Shown here piece after piece: positions 1-9,308 of a DNA stretch of 64,000 bases. Location: the NCBI GenBank assembly GCA_964594215.1, contig CAZQLN010000005.1, positions 2,475 to 66,474 on the forward strand. The letters are read 5' to 3'. The position numbers and the translations under genes are program-made. This DNA is from an uncultured Bdellovibrionales bacterium (lineage in GTDB: Bacteria > Patescibacteriota > Minisyncoccia > Moranbacterales > UBA1568). How positions within the stretch are numbered: position 1 is the first letter of the stretch; every line of letters begins with the position of its first letter. Below the pieces are notes generated by a model. It was not told the origin of the DNA, searched no databases, and saw only the letters and a list, made by a program, of their open reading frames with translations.

Positions 1-542
1 TTAGCCTGAAGAATATCTCCGGAAAAAACCCTGCCTACGAAAGTTGCTCCCAAAGTCAGTGCAGTCGCAAGAGGGTTGAAGGGTTCGAGGAGTACACCCT
101 CGGTTTGAACTGGAGTCACCATCCCCTCTTGTGATGTTGGTGATGCTTGACCCTTGGTCAATCCATAGACCATGTTGTCATGCACAATGTTGGTGATGTT
201 CGGATTACGACGAATCGTGTGCAAAAAATGATTGCCTCCTTCACCATAGGTATCGCCATCACCAGACTCTGAAATCACTGTCATGAGCGGATTCGTGAGT
301 TTAATAGCCGTAGCTACTGGCAGAGCTCGACCATGAAGACCGTTGAAGTAATTTACTCGCATGTACTGAGGCGCCTTAGCTGCTTGTCCAATACCAGAAC
401 AGAGAACCACTTCTTCTGGTGGCAAATTAAGCTCTGCTAAAGCCATTTTGACAATATTCAAGATAGGAAAATTACCACACCCTGGACACCAAGCAATGTC
501 TGTATGGCCGGGTAAGTCATATTGTTTTTTATCAACAGCCAT
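1..542 (-). CDS. korB: 2-oxoacid:ferredoxin oxidoreductase beta subunit (TPP-binding), 5' portion; C-terminus runs past the window edge
   Basis: Manual reverse-strand translation from ATG at 542..540 gives [28 protein letters not shown]...[13 protein letters not shown]. This is the typical KorB/PorB N-terminus and TPP-binding region. There is no in-frame stop before position 1. It lies directly downstream of korA. Confidence 0.75.
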   Translation of the reverse strand, partial: MAVDKKQYDLPGHTDIAWCPGCGNFPILNIVKMALAELNLPPEEVVLCSGIGQAAKAPQYMRVNYFNGLHGRALPVATAIKLTNPLMTVISESGDGDTYGEGGNHFLHTIRRNPNITNIVHDNMVYGLTKGQASPTSQEGMVTPVQTEGVLLEPFNPLATALTLGATFVGRVFSGDILQA

Positions 543-549
543 ATATTTT

Positions 550-2250
550 CTACAGAGATTTAATTTTCGCTAGTACATCTTCTACTGCAAAAGGTGCTCC
601 ATCATATTGAAGAATTTTTTCATTTATTTTCACGTCGTATTCCAAACGTAAAAGATTCGCAAACTGCCCTTCTGCGTTATTCTCCAAAACCACTATTTTT
701 TTCTTTGCTAAAAGTTTCTTTGCATCTTTGGGCAAAGGATACACCTGAGCAAAATGAAGTCCTGCTATTTTTTCATCCGCTACTTGATCAAGAGATTCCT
801 CAAGCACTCCTCTGTTCGATCCCCATGCAATTACCAGTGTTTCTGCTTTTTTGATATCCCCTATCGCAGTCGGTGAAAGAGCCCTATTTTTTATTTCTAT
901 GGCTTTTTTAAGCCTTTTATCTTGCATTTGCTTTCGTACTACATGACTTTCGGTAATATGAGCTTCCTCATCATGTTCATCACTGTCTACCGCTACTAGT
1001 CCCTGACCAAAACCAGGAATACCTCGTGGCGAGATCCCATTCTCACTATACTGATAACGCTTGTAATCTGATTGTGTTTCAATAACAAAGTTCTCAATTT
1101 TTTCTATCACTAAATCTTTTTCCACTACTGTACTTGTCGAGTCAAGTAAATATTGATCCGTCAAAATAAAAGCGGGGATCTGAAATTCATCAGCCAACGC
1201 GAATGCTTTTTGTGCTGAACTAAAAAGTTCTTCCAGTGTGCCTGGTGCAAAAATAACTCTCGGAAATTCTCCATGCCCAGCATAAAGAGCCAGATTAAGA
1301 TCTGCCTGTTCTGTTCTTGTCGGTAGCCCCGTAGCTGGTCCTGGTCTCTGGCCAATATGAATGACTATCGGCGTCTCGATAATACCAGCCAAACTCACTC
1401 CTTCTGTCATAAGAGCAAATCCACCTCCAGAAGTAGTCACTATAGCCCGAGCGCCCGCATACCAAGCCCCAAGACCTTGATTAATAGCGGCTATTTCATC
1501 TTCCGCCTGATCTACTACCACTCCAAATTCTCGCTGGTGTTTTGCAAGAAATGTGAGTAATCCGGTTCCTGGAGACATTGGGTAAGAAGAAATATAATTA
1601 CAGCCTCCAGCCAAAACTCCTAAGCCAAGAGCATCTATCCCTTCCATCAGAAGTTCTTCCTTAAGTTTTTCGTCTCGCTTCAGATGAATTTCGATACCGG
1701 CATCATAAGCCAGGTGTTTGCCGTGATCATAGCCCAGTTTAGCAGCAGTTACATTTTTGGTTACCACTTCTTCCCCTTTACGAGCAAAGTGTGTTCTCAA
1801 ATATTGTTCAAACTCTTCAAACGATGCCCCGAGTAATCCAAGCGCCACACCAACTGCAATAGTACTGGTAAATATCGGATTGCCAAGCTCATTGGTAAAA
1901 CGAGTAAATGGAATATCGAAAGCATTAGAGCCTTTATCTAAAGCAATTTTACTCAATTCCCCAAAAATAAGTGTCTTCGGACTTGTCCGTTTCGCTAGAT
2001 GTGGAACCACGTCTTTATCGAGAGCGAAGAGAAAATCAATATGCTTCACATAAGATCTTCTTTTTGTATCAGTAATCCGAATCTCTGTTGAATTACTTCC
2101 GCCACGAATGCGAGACATGTATTCTTTAGATGCAAAAACATGGTACCCCTCCTCTTTGAGTACGGTCATGAGCATAGCCTCTACTGTTTGAATTCCTTGG
2201 CCAGCACTACCACCTAAGACCAAAGAGATGTCCCCCGCATATCGATGCAT
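550..2250 (-). CDS. korA: 2-oxoacid (2-oxoglutarate/pyruvate):ferredoxin oxidoreductase alpha subunit
   Basis: 573-aa [20 protein letters not shown]-terminus with internal [11 protein letters not shown] and [23 protein letters not shown] motifs is typical of KorA/PorA. The probable true start is the second Met (MHRYAGD), preceded by a GAGGAAAAG SD-like sequence. The track's MRKRKRN extension is the translated SD region. Confidence 0.8.
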   Translation of the reverse strand: MHRYAGDISLVLGGSAGQGIQTVEAMLMTVLKEEGYHVFASKEYMSRIRGGSNSTEIRITDTKRRSYVKHIDFLFALDKDVVPHLAKRTSPKTLIFGELSKIALDKGSNAFDIPFTRFTNELGNPIFTSTIAVGVALGLLGASFEEFEQYLRTHFARKGEEVVTKNVTAAKLGYDHGKHLAYDAGIEIHLKRDEKLKEELLMEGIDALGLGVLAGGCNYISSYPMSPGTGLLTFLAKHQREFGVVVDQAEDEIAAINQGLGAWYAGARAIVTTSGGGFALMTEGVSLAGIIETPIVIHIGQRPGPATGLPTRTEQADLNLALYAGHGEFPRVIFAPGTLEELFSSAQKAFALADEFQIPAFILTDQYLLDSTSTVVEKDLVIEKIENFVIETQSDYKRYQYSENGISPRGIPGFGQGLVAVDSDEHDEEAHITESHVVRKQMQDKRLKKAIEIKNRALSPTAIGDIKKAETLVIAWGSNRGVLEESLDQVADEKIAGLHFAQVYPLPKDAKKLLAKKKIVVLENNAEGQFANLLRLEYDVKINEKILQYDGAPFAVEDVLAKIKSL

Positions 2251-2357
2251 ATTTCTTTTTCTTTTCCTCAAGTATAGCGCAAAGAATTACAGAATGAAAA
2301 TAAAAACCCTTCCATCTTTACTGATTGGAAGGATTTTGCGAATTAACTGAACGTTCT

Positions 2358-2558
2358 TTATTCTTTTTCTAATTCACTCTTTACTACTTCAAATTCATTT
2401 TCTATCTCTCGGAGACGTGTTCGACTTTCTTGAATTAGCTTGGCACCCTCCTTAATTTTTTCAAGTCCCTTTTCGACATCTACCTCCTCTTGGTTTTCAA
2501 ACCAAGCAATAATATTTTGAATACTCTTGAGTGAATCTGTCAGTGTTTTTTTTGGCAT
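2358..2558 (-). CDS. xseB: exodeoxyribonuclease VII small subunit
   Basis: 66-aa helical protein (SLKSIQNIIAWFENQEEVDVEKGLEKIKEGAKLIQESRTRL) matching the XseB family. Immediately downstream of xseA. Terminator hairpin follows at about 2296-2333. Confidence 0.7.
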   Translation of the reverse strand: MPKKTLTDSLKSIQNIIAWFENQEEVDVEKGLEKIKEGAKLIQESRTRLREIENEFEVVKSELEKE

Positions 2559-2572
2559 ACACGTAATATCAG

Positions 2573-4084
2573 TTAGATTACTTTTTTGACTTCTGTCTCA
2601 ATACTCCCTTGAGCAAGCTGTATTGTCAGTATATCACCTTCATGAATAGCAGCTGTGTTTTTAATTAACTTGACTCCTTTACGAATAAGACCGTAGCCCA
2701 ATTTAAGAGCCCTCATAGGATCATACAGTTTAAGAGCTTCCTCTATCCGAGCCAAATGCTGTTCGTATCTTTTTCGCATATAACCAAATCCTTCTAATAT
2801 TTGAGATTTTTCCTCTAATAAAGCCTTATTTTTATATTTAAGCATATCTCCGAAACGATGCACTTGATACCAAAAACTTTGCTCACATGACCCCACTACC
2901 TGACGAATATCTTGTAGAAACTGGATCAACAATCTACCCGCTCTTTCAAACAGTTGTTCTTGTTTTTGTAGTTGTTGTTCGAACATCTGTGGTAGATTTC
3001 TTTTAAGATAACTGACCCTCTGTCTCGCTTCGAGCCAAGGTGCAGAAATAGTTTGAGCTGTCGCTGTTGGAGTAGAGACCATGATATCTGCTGCCAGAGC
3101 ACTCAGTGTAATATCTTTTTCATGCCCCACACCCAAAAGAGTGGGTGTCGGAAAAGAAGCAATCTCACGCACAAGTGTTTCATTATTGAAAGCCTGTAAA
3201 CTTTCCAGACTCCCACCGCCACGAATAATTACTAATACATCAAACTCAATTGCACGCACTCTAAAATACTGAATGGCCTTTAGAATTTCAAAAACTGCTT
3301 TCTTGCCTTCTACAGCTGTTGGATAAAAATCAATCCTGAAACCACAGTTTCCTAAATTTTTTTTGAAGTCATCGATAGCTGCTCCATCAGCTGAAGTAAT
3401 CAGAGCAATTCGTTCAATATATTCTGGTAGTTCTTGTTTTTGATCCAGAGCAAACATCCCTTCAGTTTGCAGCTTAAGAAAAAGCTCATCATAGGCTTTT
3501 TTAAGCGCTCCCTCACCAGCCACCTCTATAGTGCCTACCTTAAAACTCAATCGGCCATTAGGCTTATAAATCTCTGGAGCCCCCTCAACAATAACCTCAT
3601 CACCAATAGCAAGGGCTACTCCAGAAACCTGGTAGGCATAACGAAAAATCAGACATGCCAGCGTACTGCCGTCAACTTTATCTTTAAGAGTAAAGTAAAT
3701 CACCCGCTCTCGTTCATCTACACTCGTGACTTCCCCCTGAATACGAGCCGCCATACCAGAAAGCTCAGTATTGATCCCGTCTAAGAATTGACTAATGCTA
3801 AGTGGTTCATGTAAGACGTCTCTGCTCAGAGTAGAGTCTTGTAATTCCCTCTCATCATTATCATTTGAAGCAACTTCCTCGGCTACAAGAGCAAGAATGG
3901 CTTGCCCATATTTTTGATACTTTTTTTCCTTAATACCCTTTACCTGCAGCAATTCCTCCTTACTCTTTGGCAAAGCTACTACAATAGCATCAAGCGTTGC
4001 TTTAGAAAGCACCTTGAAAGACTCTAGCCCCTCTCTCCTGGCCTGTTCTTCTCTCCACTGCGATAACTTTCTCTGTAGATACAT
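2573..4084 (-). CDS. xseA: exodeoxyribonuclease VII large subunit with N-terminal HRDC-like domain
   Basis: OB-fold segment (ISQFLDGINTELSGMAARIQGEVTSVDERERVIYFTLKD) and the ExoVII_L catalytic region. The first ~90 aa (LSQWREEQARREGLESFKVLSKATLDAIVVALPKSKEELLQVKGIKEKKYQKYGQAILALV) resemble RecQ/RNase D HRDC domains. Confidence 0.8.
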   Translation of the reverse strand: MYLQRKLSQWREEQARREGLESFKVLSKATLDAIVVALPKSKEELLQVKGIKEKKYQKYGQAILALVAEEVASNDNDERELQDSTLSRDVLHEPLSISQFLDGINTELSGMAARIQGEVTSVDERERVIYFTLKDKVDGSTLACLIFRYAYQVSGVALAIGDEVIVEGAPEIYKPNGRLSFKVGTIEVAGEGALKKAYDELFLKLQTEGMFALDQKQELPEYIERIALITSADGAAIDDFKKNLGNCGFRIDFYPTAVEGKKAVFEILKAIQYFRVRAIEFDVLVIIRGGGSLESLQAFNNETLVREIASFPTPTLLGVGHEKDITLSALAADIMVSTPTATAQTISAPWLEARQRVSYLKRNLPQMFEQQLQKQEQLFERAGRLLIQFLQDIRQVVGSCEQSFWYQVHRFGDMLKYKNKALLEEKSQILEGFGYMRKRYEQHLARIEEALKLYDPMRALKLGYGLIRKGVKLIKNTAAIHEGDILTIQLAQGSIETEVKKVI

Positions 4085-4152
4085 AGTTGCTTTGGGTCAA
4101 AAAGCCCGCTTGAGCGGGCTTCTCTTTATTCACTCTATCTTTTAAAAACCCT

Positions 4153-4968
4153 CTATTTAACGTATTTGTTGATCACTTCTTCAAAGCCAGATAGCGGCAA
4201 AGCACCGACTACCAACTCTCCTGTTACTGTACCATCTTCACCAAGTGTTCCAATTAAGAAGCTTGGGGTACCGGTAACACCAGCTTTGGTGCCATCAGCA
4301 ATGTCCTTAGCGATTTCTTGTTTGGTTGCTTCTTGTTCAGAACAGGCCAGTGCCTTAGTAGTATCAACACCAGCCTTTTTCATAAGCTCAAGCATTTTTC
4401 CCTGAGGTAGACCTTTACCATTTGCCAAGGTGTTAGCGTACACTTCCTGTGTAAAAGTGAAATAAGCTGCGTCACCTTTTTGGTCACGCACACACTCTGC
4501 CACTGAAGCCTCTTCAGTGGCTTTTGGATCATGAAAAGAAAGCGGAAAATCTCTTGCAACTAAGATCGCCTTACCGGTCTCTACGTATTCTTTAACTAAC
4601 TGATCGTGAGTTTCTTGGTGAAAACGCTTACAGAAAGGACACTCCAAATCACTAAATTCCACGATAGCTACCTTAGCCTTTGTCTTGTCCCCCATGACAG
4701 CGTCATCATCAAGAGTAGTTGTAGCGGGACCAGTTTCTTCAGTCTGCGTATCATCAGCTACGGCCGCCTTTTTAACATCAGCTGTTTTTCCCATGTTCAT
4801 CTGAGGAAGCCAAAGCGTCAAAGCAATAATCAAAGCTCCGAAAATTACTGATAGCCCTATAAGAAGCGCATCTGTACTTACTGCTTCTTTTTTCAGCCAA
4901 GCACACCTTACTTTTTTCTTTGGGGTTTCTTCGACTACTACCTCCTGTTCGTTCGTTTCCATATACAT
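4153..4968 (-). CDS. membrane-anchored DsbA-family thiol:disulfide oxidoreductase (thioredoxin fold, CPFC active site)
   Basis: N-terminal transmembrane helix, then a thioredoxin-like domain with ECPFCKRF CxxC and TGTPSFLIG cis-Pro region. Terminator hairpin at 4098-4122. Confidence 0.7.
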   Translation of the reverse strand: MYMETNEQEVVVEETPKKKVRCAWLKKEAVSTDALLIGLSVIFGALIIALTLWLPQMNMGKTADVKKAAVADDTQTEETGPATTTLDDDAVMGDKTKAKVAIVEFSDLECPFCKRFHQETHDQLVKEYVETGKAILVARDFPLSFHDPKATEEASVAECVRDQKGDAAYFTFTQEVYANTLANGKGLPQGKMLELMKKAGVDTTKALACSEQEATKQEIAKDIADGTKAGVTGTPSFLIGTLGEDGTVTGELVVGALPLSGFEEVINKYVK

Positions 4969-4998
4969 AACTTAGTCAACTATTTAATCTGTTTCCCA

Positions 4999-5820
4999 TT
5001 ATACCATAGGTACTACTGGAGCCTTTTGGGCTTTATATAAAGCATGTTTCGCCTCTACCCATTCAATACAAAGTTGTAACGGCTTAATAAAATTACGCCA
5101 CGCTAGAATCTTTAAGAGTGCATATGTACCGATAAGTATCCCCGCCTCAACATAGGCAAATCCCACTTGACCATCACCATCAGTCTTAATGAAAAAACGA
5201 TGCAATACCGCAAAAATAAACATGACATACACTACTCTATGTACCAGCTTCCAAGTAGCTCCTCCTAAATGCTTTTGAGCGAGGGTATTGGAAGTCAATA
5301 GTAAGGGCAAAGTGAGCGTGTAGGCAAGGATACCGAAGATGTATCCGTTTTGCCAATCCGCATATTGCGGGAGAATAGCTTCTTGAAACCAGTCTGGATC
5401 AAGCAGATAGCCCACCGCGTGTACGGTAGCTAGGTAGGCCATCAAAATACCAAGTTCTCGACGAATACTCATAATCTGAAGTAAGAAACGTACCCGAAAA
5501 ATCTTAGAAAGAGGGCTAATAAAGAGGATACCTATAAGGAGATTCCCCGCTAATTCACCAAAAGTCTTGCGTAAATCTGGGAAGAAAAAGCCTAATAGAC
5601 TGAGGTGAGCGATAAGAAGAAGGCTAATCTTAATCGTACGGAAATGTTGAGCAAACCAATTTGCTGCCCAATCATGAAAGCTAAAAATCAAAAAAAGGCG
5701 TCTGTCCATAAAAATCTCTTTTAATGTAGAAAATAATACAAGAGCAATGTTAAGAAAAAACATTCCAAGATACCTGCTGTAATGAAAATGCTTTTTCCTT
5801 TCATGTCTCAATAGTAACAT
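4999..5820 (-). CDS. polytopic membrane protein, ferric-reductase-like / MsrQ-YedZ-like (putative bis-heme b)
   Basis: About 6 transmembrane helices carrying conserved His residues (ATVHAVGYL, WKLVHRVVYVMFIFAVLHRFF). Only one Cys, so it is not VKOR or DsbB. Assignment rests on pattern resemblance only. Confidence 0.35.
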   Translation of the reverse strand: MLLLRHERKKHFHYSRYLGMFFLNIALVLFSTLKEIFMDRRLFLIFSFHDWAANWFAQHFRTIKISLLLIAHLSLLGFFFPDLRKTFGELAGNLLIGILFISPLSKIFRVRFLLQIMSIRRELGILMAYLATVHAVGYLLDPDWFQEAILPQYADWQNGYIFGILAYTLTLPLLLTSNTLAQKHLGGATWKLVHRVVYVMFIFAVLHRFFIKTDGDGQVGFAYVEAGILIGTYALLKILAWRNFIKPLQLCIEWVEAKHALYKAQKAPVVPMV

Positions 5821-5865
5821 GAAAACTCCCTGAAATTATGGTATGATTGAGGTACTAAGAAAAAT

Positions 5866-7206
5866 ATGGAGACTGCTCAAAACACCGAACCCATCATCCG
5901 GGTTGATAAATTGCGTATCATCTATAATCAGGGTAAGTCCAATGAGATGCGGGCCCTGGAAGAAACTACTCTTGAGATCTATGATCATGAGTACGTTATT
6001 ATATTTGGCCCATCTGGTTGTGGAAAATCGACTCTTCTCTACTCTATTTCAGGTCTACAAGCCTCTACCTATGGCAGTGTCTCTGTGGGAGGTAAGGAGC
6101 TCGGTAAGATGACCCAAGCCGAACAGGTCTATTTTCACCAGTCTACTATTGGAATGGTTTTTCAGGCTTTTTATCTGATCTCTTCTCTTACCATTCTCGA
6201 TAATGTCGTTTTACCGAAAGTATTTCGTGGAGAAGACCCTACCTCACGAAAGGAAGTAGGTATGTCTCTCATGCGTCGTTTTGGTATTATCGCTCAGGCA
6301 GACAAATTCCCTAATCAGCTCTCTGGTGGACAGAAACAGCGCGTAGCTATTGCTCGATCTTTGGTCAATGATCCTGGTATCATCCTTGCTGACGAACCAG
6401 TGGGTAACCTCGATAGTGAAAGTGCCGAAAACGTGCTCGCTATCTTGAAAGATCTCAATGAAGTTGATAAAAAGACTATTATTATGGTGACTCACAACCC
6501 TGAGCACCTTGCCTACGCTGACCGCGTAATTTTCATGAAAGATGGCCGTGTTGTTAAGGAAGAAATCAACCGCGACAAACGCCCCTCTACAGCAGCCGCC
6601 TCCAAAACGACCGAACCCGAAGAGCGCTTTAGTAAGGACTCTCCTGAAGCTCTTGAACTTCAGATGCTCATGGAGTCATTCAAGAATCTCTTACCAAAAC
6701 AGGTTGATATCCTCCTTATTCCGTTCAAAGCTAAACAGCTTCTTTCTCATATTATTTCTGAAATGAATGATGAGCAGATTTCCATGGCTGAAGCCCTTCT
6801 CAAAGAACGTCTTTTTAATAATATCGACGCAAAGAAACTCGAACGTAGTCTCGATATGAATCTCGAAGAGGGCGGCGGAGGCTGGAACAGCGTACGGGCC
6901 ATCTCATTTACCAAGAAGGTTGAGGCTCTCATCAAAGAAGCTGCCATTATCAAAGAAGACCCTCGTAAAGGACTTCGTTCACTTGCTGAGTACCTCGTAG
7001 AAAACTTCCACTTGAAATTCACCCAAGAATCATGGCCTCGTTTTGTAGAACTTCTCAAACTCCGTATTGAAAATAAAATGGGACAACTTGAGCTCCTCCG
7101 TAACCTCGATGCTCCCGTGAAAAAAGGTGGCGTAGGGCTAAACCGCATCACTGCTGAAAAGTTAGTTCGTGAAATAGAGATAATCCTCCTTCTAAAATAC
7201 AGCTAG
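5866..7206 (+). CDS. ABC transporter ATP-binding protein (MacB/LolD/FtsE-type) with ~220-aa C-terminal extension of unknown function
   Basis: Walker [10 protein letters not shown], signature [15 protein letters not shown], Walker [19 protein letters not shown] lies upstream of the ATG. The C-terminal half has no recognisable domain. Confidence 0.85.
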   Translation: METAQNTEPIIRVDKLRIIYNQGKSNEMRALEETTLEIYDHEYVIIFGPSGCGKSTLLYSISGLQASTYGSVSVGGKELGKMTQAEQVYFHQSTIGMVFQAFYLISSLTILDNVVLPKVFRGEDPTSRKEVGMSLMRRFGIIAQADKFPNQLSGGQKQRVAIARSLVNDPGIILADEPVGNLDSESAENVLAILKDLNEVDKKTIIMVTHNPEHLAYADRVIFMKDGRVVKEEINRDKRPSTAAASKTTEPEERFSKDSPEALELQMLMESFKNLLPKQVDILLIPFKAKQLLSHIISEMNDEQISMAEALLKERLFNNIDAKKLERSLDMNLEEGGGGWNSVRAISFTKKVEALIKEAAIIKEDPRKGLRSLAEYLVENFHLKFTQESWPRFVELLKLRIENKMGQLELLRNLDAPVKKGGVGLNRITAEKLVREIEIILLLKYS

Positions 7207-7207
7207 T

Positions 7208-8398
7208 ATGCGTTTGATGGATATTACCAAACTGTCCCTTCGTATGTTCAAAGCACATACCATGCGTACGCTTTTGACTATTTTGGGTATGAGTGTTGGT
7301 ATCTCTGCTATTATGTTCCTCGTTTCCTTTGGATATGGTCTCCAGCGAACTCTTTTGGAGAAAATTACTACTTCCGATGCTTTGGCCAGTGTAGATGTTT
7401 CTGTAGGAAAGGAAGGTGGACAAAAAAAGCTTGATCAAGCGGCAATTGAAATCCTCAAAACCATACCAAATGTGGCTGATGTAGTACCAGTACTCGAAGT
7501 TCCTGGTCAGGGAAAATTTCCTACTCTCAACCTCGATCTTAATGTCGTTAGCTCCCAACAAAGCTTTCTGAAAGGAGAAGGTTTAAAGATTGCTGAGGGT
7601 CGCTTCTTTGATAAAAATGAAAATGATGGCTTAGTAATCTCAGAGGGGGTTGCTAAGATTTTCAACGTTCCATACGATCAACTGATTGGCCAGACAGTCA
7701 CCCTTACTCTCTTTCCGGCTAGTGAGGTTCCGGGTAAAAGCCTCACCTACAGCCCGCCGTCCAGTTACAAGATTGTGGGTGTGGTAGTCGGAGAAAACAA
7801 CTCTGTCTATGCCTCTCTTAGTTCGCTAGATAACTTCCCTCTGGTCAGTTACTCCAAGGTCAAAGTTAAGGGAACAAGCGCAGATATCATCGATCCTATG
7901 CGTGTGGTTATTGAGGAAAAGGGTTTCGTGGCATCCTCTATCTCTGAAACCATTGATCAAGCTAACAAGGTGTTCCGTGCCGTACAGATCATGCTGATGA
8001 TTTTTGGTATGATCGCCTTGGTGGTTTCTGCTATTGGTATGTTTAACACCATGACCATCACCCTGCTCGAACGTACCGAAGAAATTGGTATTATGAAAGC
8101 TATCGGAGCTTCACGAAGCAATATCTCTGTCATGTTCGTCATGGAATCAACACTTATGGGATTCTTGGGAGCGAGTGGTGGTATTCTTCTTGGTTATCTC
8201 GAAGGAGAGATCATCAACTTCCTTATTAATATTATTGCTACCCGTTTCGGTGGTAATGCAGTTGATCTCTTCTACAGTCCGCTCTGGTTCATTGCCATCA
8301 TTGCTGGCTTCGGTGCTTTTGTGGGATTTGCTACGGGAGTGTTCCCTGCTCGTAAGGCCGCTAAGATCGATGCCTTGGATGCCCTTCGCTACAAATAA
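7208..8398 (+). CDS. ABC transporter permease, FtsX/MacB-like
   Basis: N-terminal transmembrane helix, large extracytoplasmic domain, then three C-terminal transmembrane helices (FtsX fold). Translationally coupled to the upstream ATPase. Terminator at 8425-8451. Confidence 0.8.
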   Translation: MRLMDITKLSLRMFKAHTMRTLLTILGMSVGISAIMFLVSFGYGLQRTLLEKITTSDALASVDVSVGKEGGQKKLDQAAIEILKTIPNVADVVPVLEVPGQGKFPTLNLDLNVVSSQQSFLKGEGLKIAEGRFFDKNENDGLVISEGVAKIFNVPYDQLIGQTVTLTLFPASEVPGKSLTYSPPSSYKIVGVVVGENNSVYASLSSLDNFPLVSYSKVKVKGTSADIIDPMRVVIEEKGFVASSISETIDQANKVFRAVQIMLMIFGMIALVVSAIGMFNTMTITLLERTEEIGIMKAIGASRSNISVMFVMESTLMGFLGASGGILLGYLEGEIINFLINIIATRFGGNAVDLFYSPLWFIAIIAGFGAFVGFATGVFPARKAAKIDALDALRYK

Positions 8399-8424
8399 AC
8401 TCTTCCAAAATTATACGCTCTCAT

Positions 8425-8451
8425 CCCAGACATTTTTTGTCTGGTTTTTTA
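8425..8451 (+). terminator. intrinsic terminator after the FtsX-like permease
   Basis: CCCAGACAttttttGTCTGG hairpin followed by TTTTTT. Confidence 0.7.
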
Positions 8452-8527
8452 TAATAATAAAAAGAAGAGTAGCTTGGCATTGGCCGCACTACTCTCTTCA
8501 GGCTGTGAAATTTTTCAATTATCTGTC

Positions 8528-8767
8528 TTACTCTGACAGGATAAATTTATTGTTCCCTCGCTGACGGATCAGTTTACCATGAGTACCCTTTTTAATATCG
8601 GGTAAATCTGTTTGTAACGAATATGATTGCCCACTTTCGGTACGAACAATGATGTCTTGAGGGGTTTCCTGATGAACCACCTCGCAGTTCACCGTCTCTG
8701 CTTCTTTTTGAATCTGAGACATTCTCACCTCCTCTCTCATCCAAATCTCATAGTTACAGCTAACCAA
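8528..8767 (-). CDS. hypothetical small protein
   Basis: ORF only. No recognisable domain. An internal Met (MSQIQ) is an alternative start. Confidence 0.2.
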   Translation of the reverse strand: MVSCNYEIWMREEVRMSQIQKEAETVNCEVVHQETPQDIIVRTESGQSYSLQTDLPDIKKGTHGKLIRQRGNNKFILSE

Positions 8768-8839
8768 ACTCTGCTGACTCTGTCAAATAAAAAAGGCTTA
8801 TATAAGCCTTTAATCTAAAATTTCCTACCGATCAGGAGA

Positions 8840-9286
8840 CTAAAATGGGTTGACATCTACCTTAACAGCTCGAGTCGTATTACCGTAAACTCCTTCTGAT
8901 TGAATACTTTCTGTATCTACTCGCCACGTTGTTGTACTGCAACTATTAAGTGGTGTACCTCCTATTTGAAAAAACTCCACTCGATACGTTCCGTTATTGA
9001 TAGTACCCTCTATTCCTGCTTTGTTATTACGTACAGCACACGTACCTAAACAATCAAGACGTTGCCCATTGCAAGTATTGCTATAGATCTTCTCAAGCAA
9101 GATTTCTGCACCAGAGTCAGCGATTTGAAAAGCTACCGTCGAGCGTTCCAGTGTCACTGATGATTTTGTTTCAGAGACAGTCACTGTCGCTATTGAAAGA
9201 GATGCTATCAATAAAAAAGAAAGTACGATCAATGAAAAAACCAGCACTGAGCCTTTCTGTTTAGAGATTTTTTGCAACATTTTCAT
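8840..9286 (-). CDS. PilX-N-like minor pilin / pseudopilin-like protein
   Basis: N-terminus QKGSVLVFSLIVLSFLLIASLSIATV follows the Q[KR]G-hydrophobic pattern of PilX_N-type minor pilins. Secreted Cys-containing beta-rich C-terminus. Terminator at about 8786-8812. Confidence 0.45.
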   Translation of the reverse strand: MKMLQKISKQKGSVLVFSLIVLSFLLIASLSIATVTVSETKSSVTLERSTVAFQIADSGAEILLEKIYSNTCNGQRLDCLGTCAVRNNKAGIEGTINNGTYRVEFFQIGGTPLNSCSTTTWRVDTESIQSEGVYGNTTRAVKVDVNPF

Positions 9287-9308
9287 ACACCTAAGTATAT
9301 CACAAGGC

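Noticed and set aside
594-2053. Plus-strand ORFs (594..854, 1357..1560, 1757..2053) inside the korA locus
   Set aside because: They are antisense to a well-supported 573-aa minus-strand gene with clear family motifs. They have no SD or domain support.
2251-2271. MRKRKRN N-terminal extension of KorA in the ORF track
   Set aside because: These codons overlap the GAGGAAAAG SD that serves the downstream Met (MHRYAGD). The family N-terminus aligns with the shorter start.
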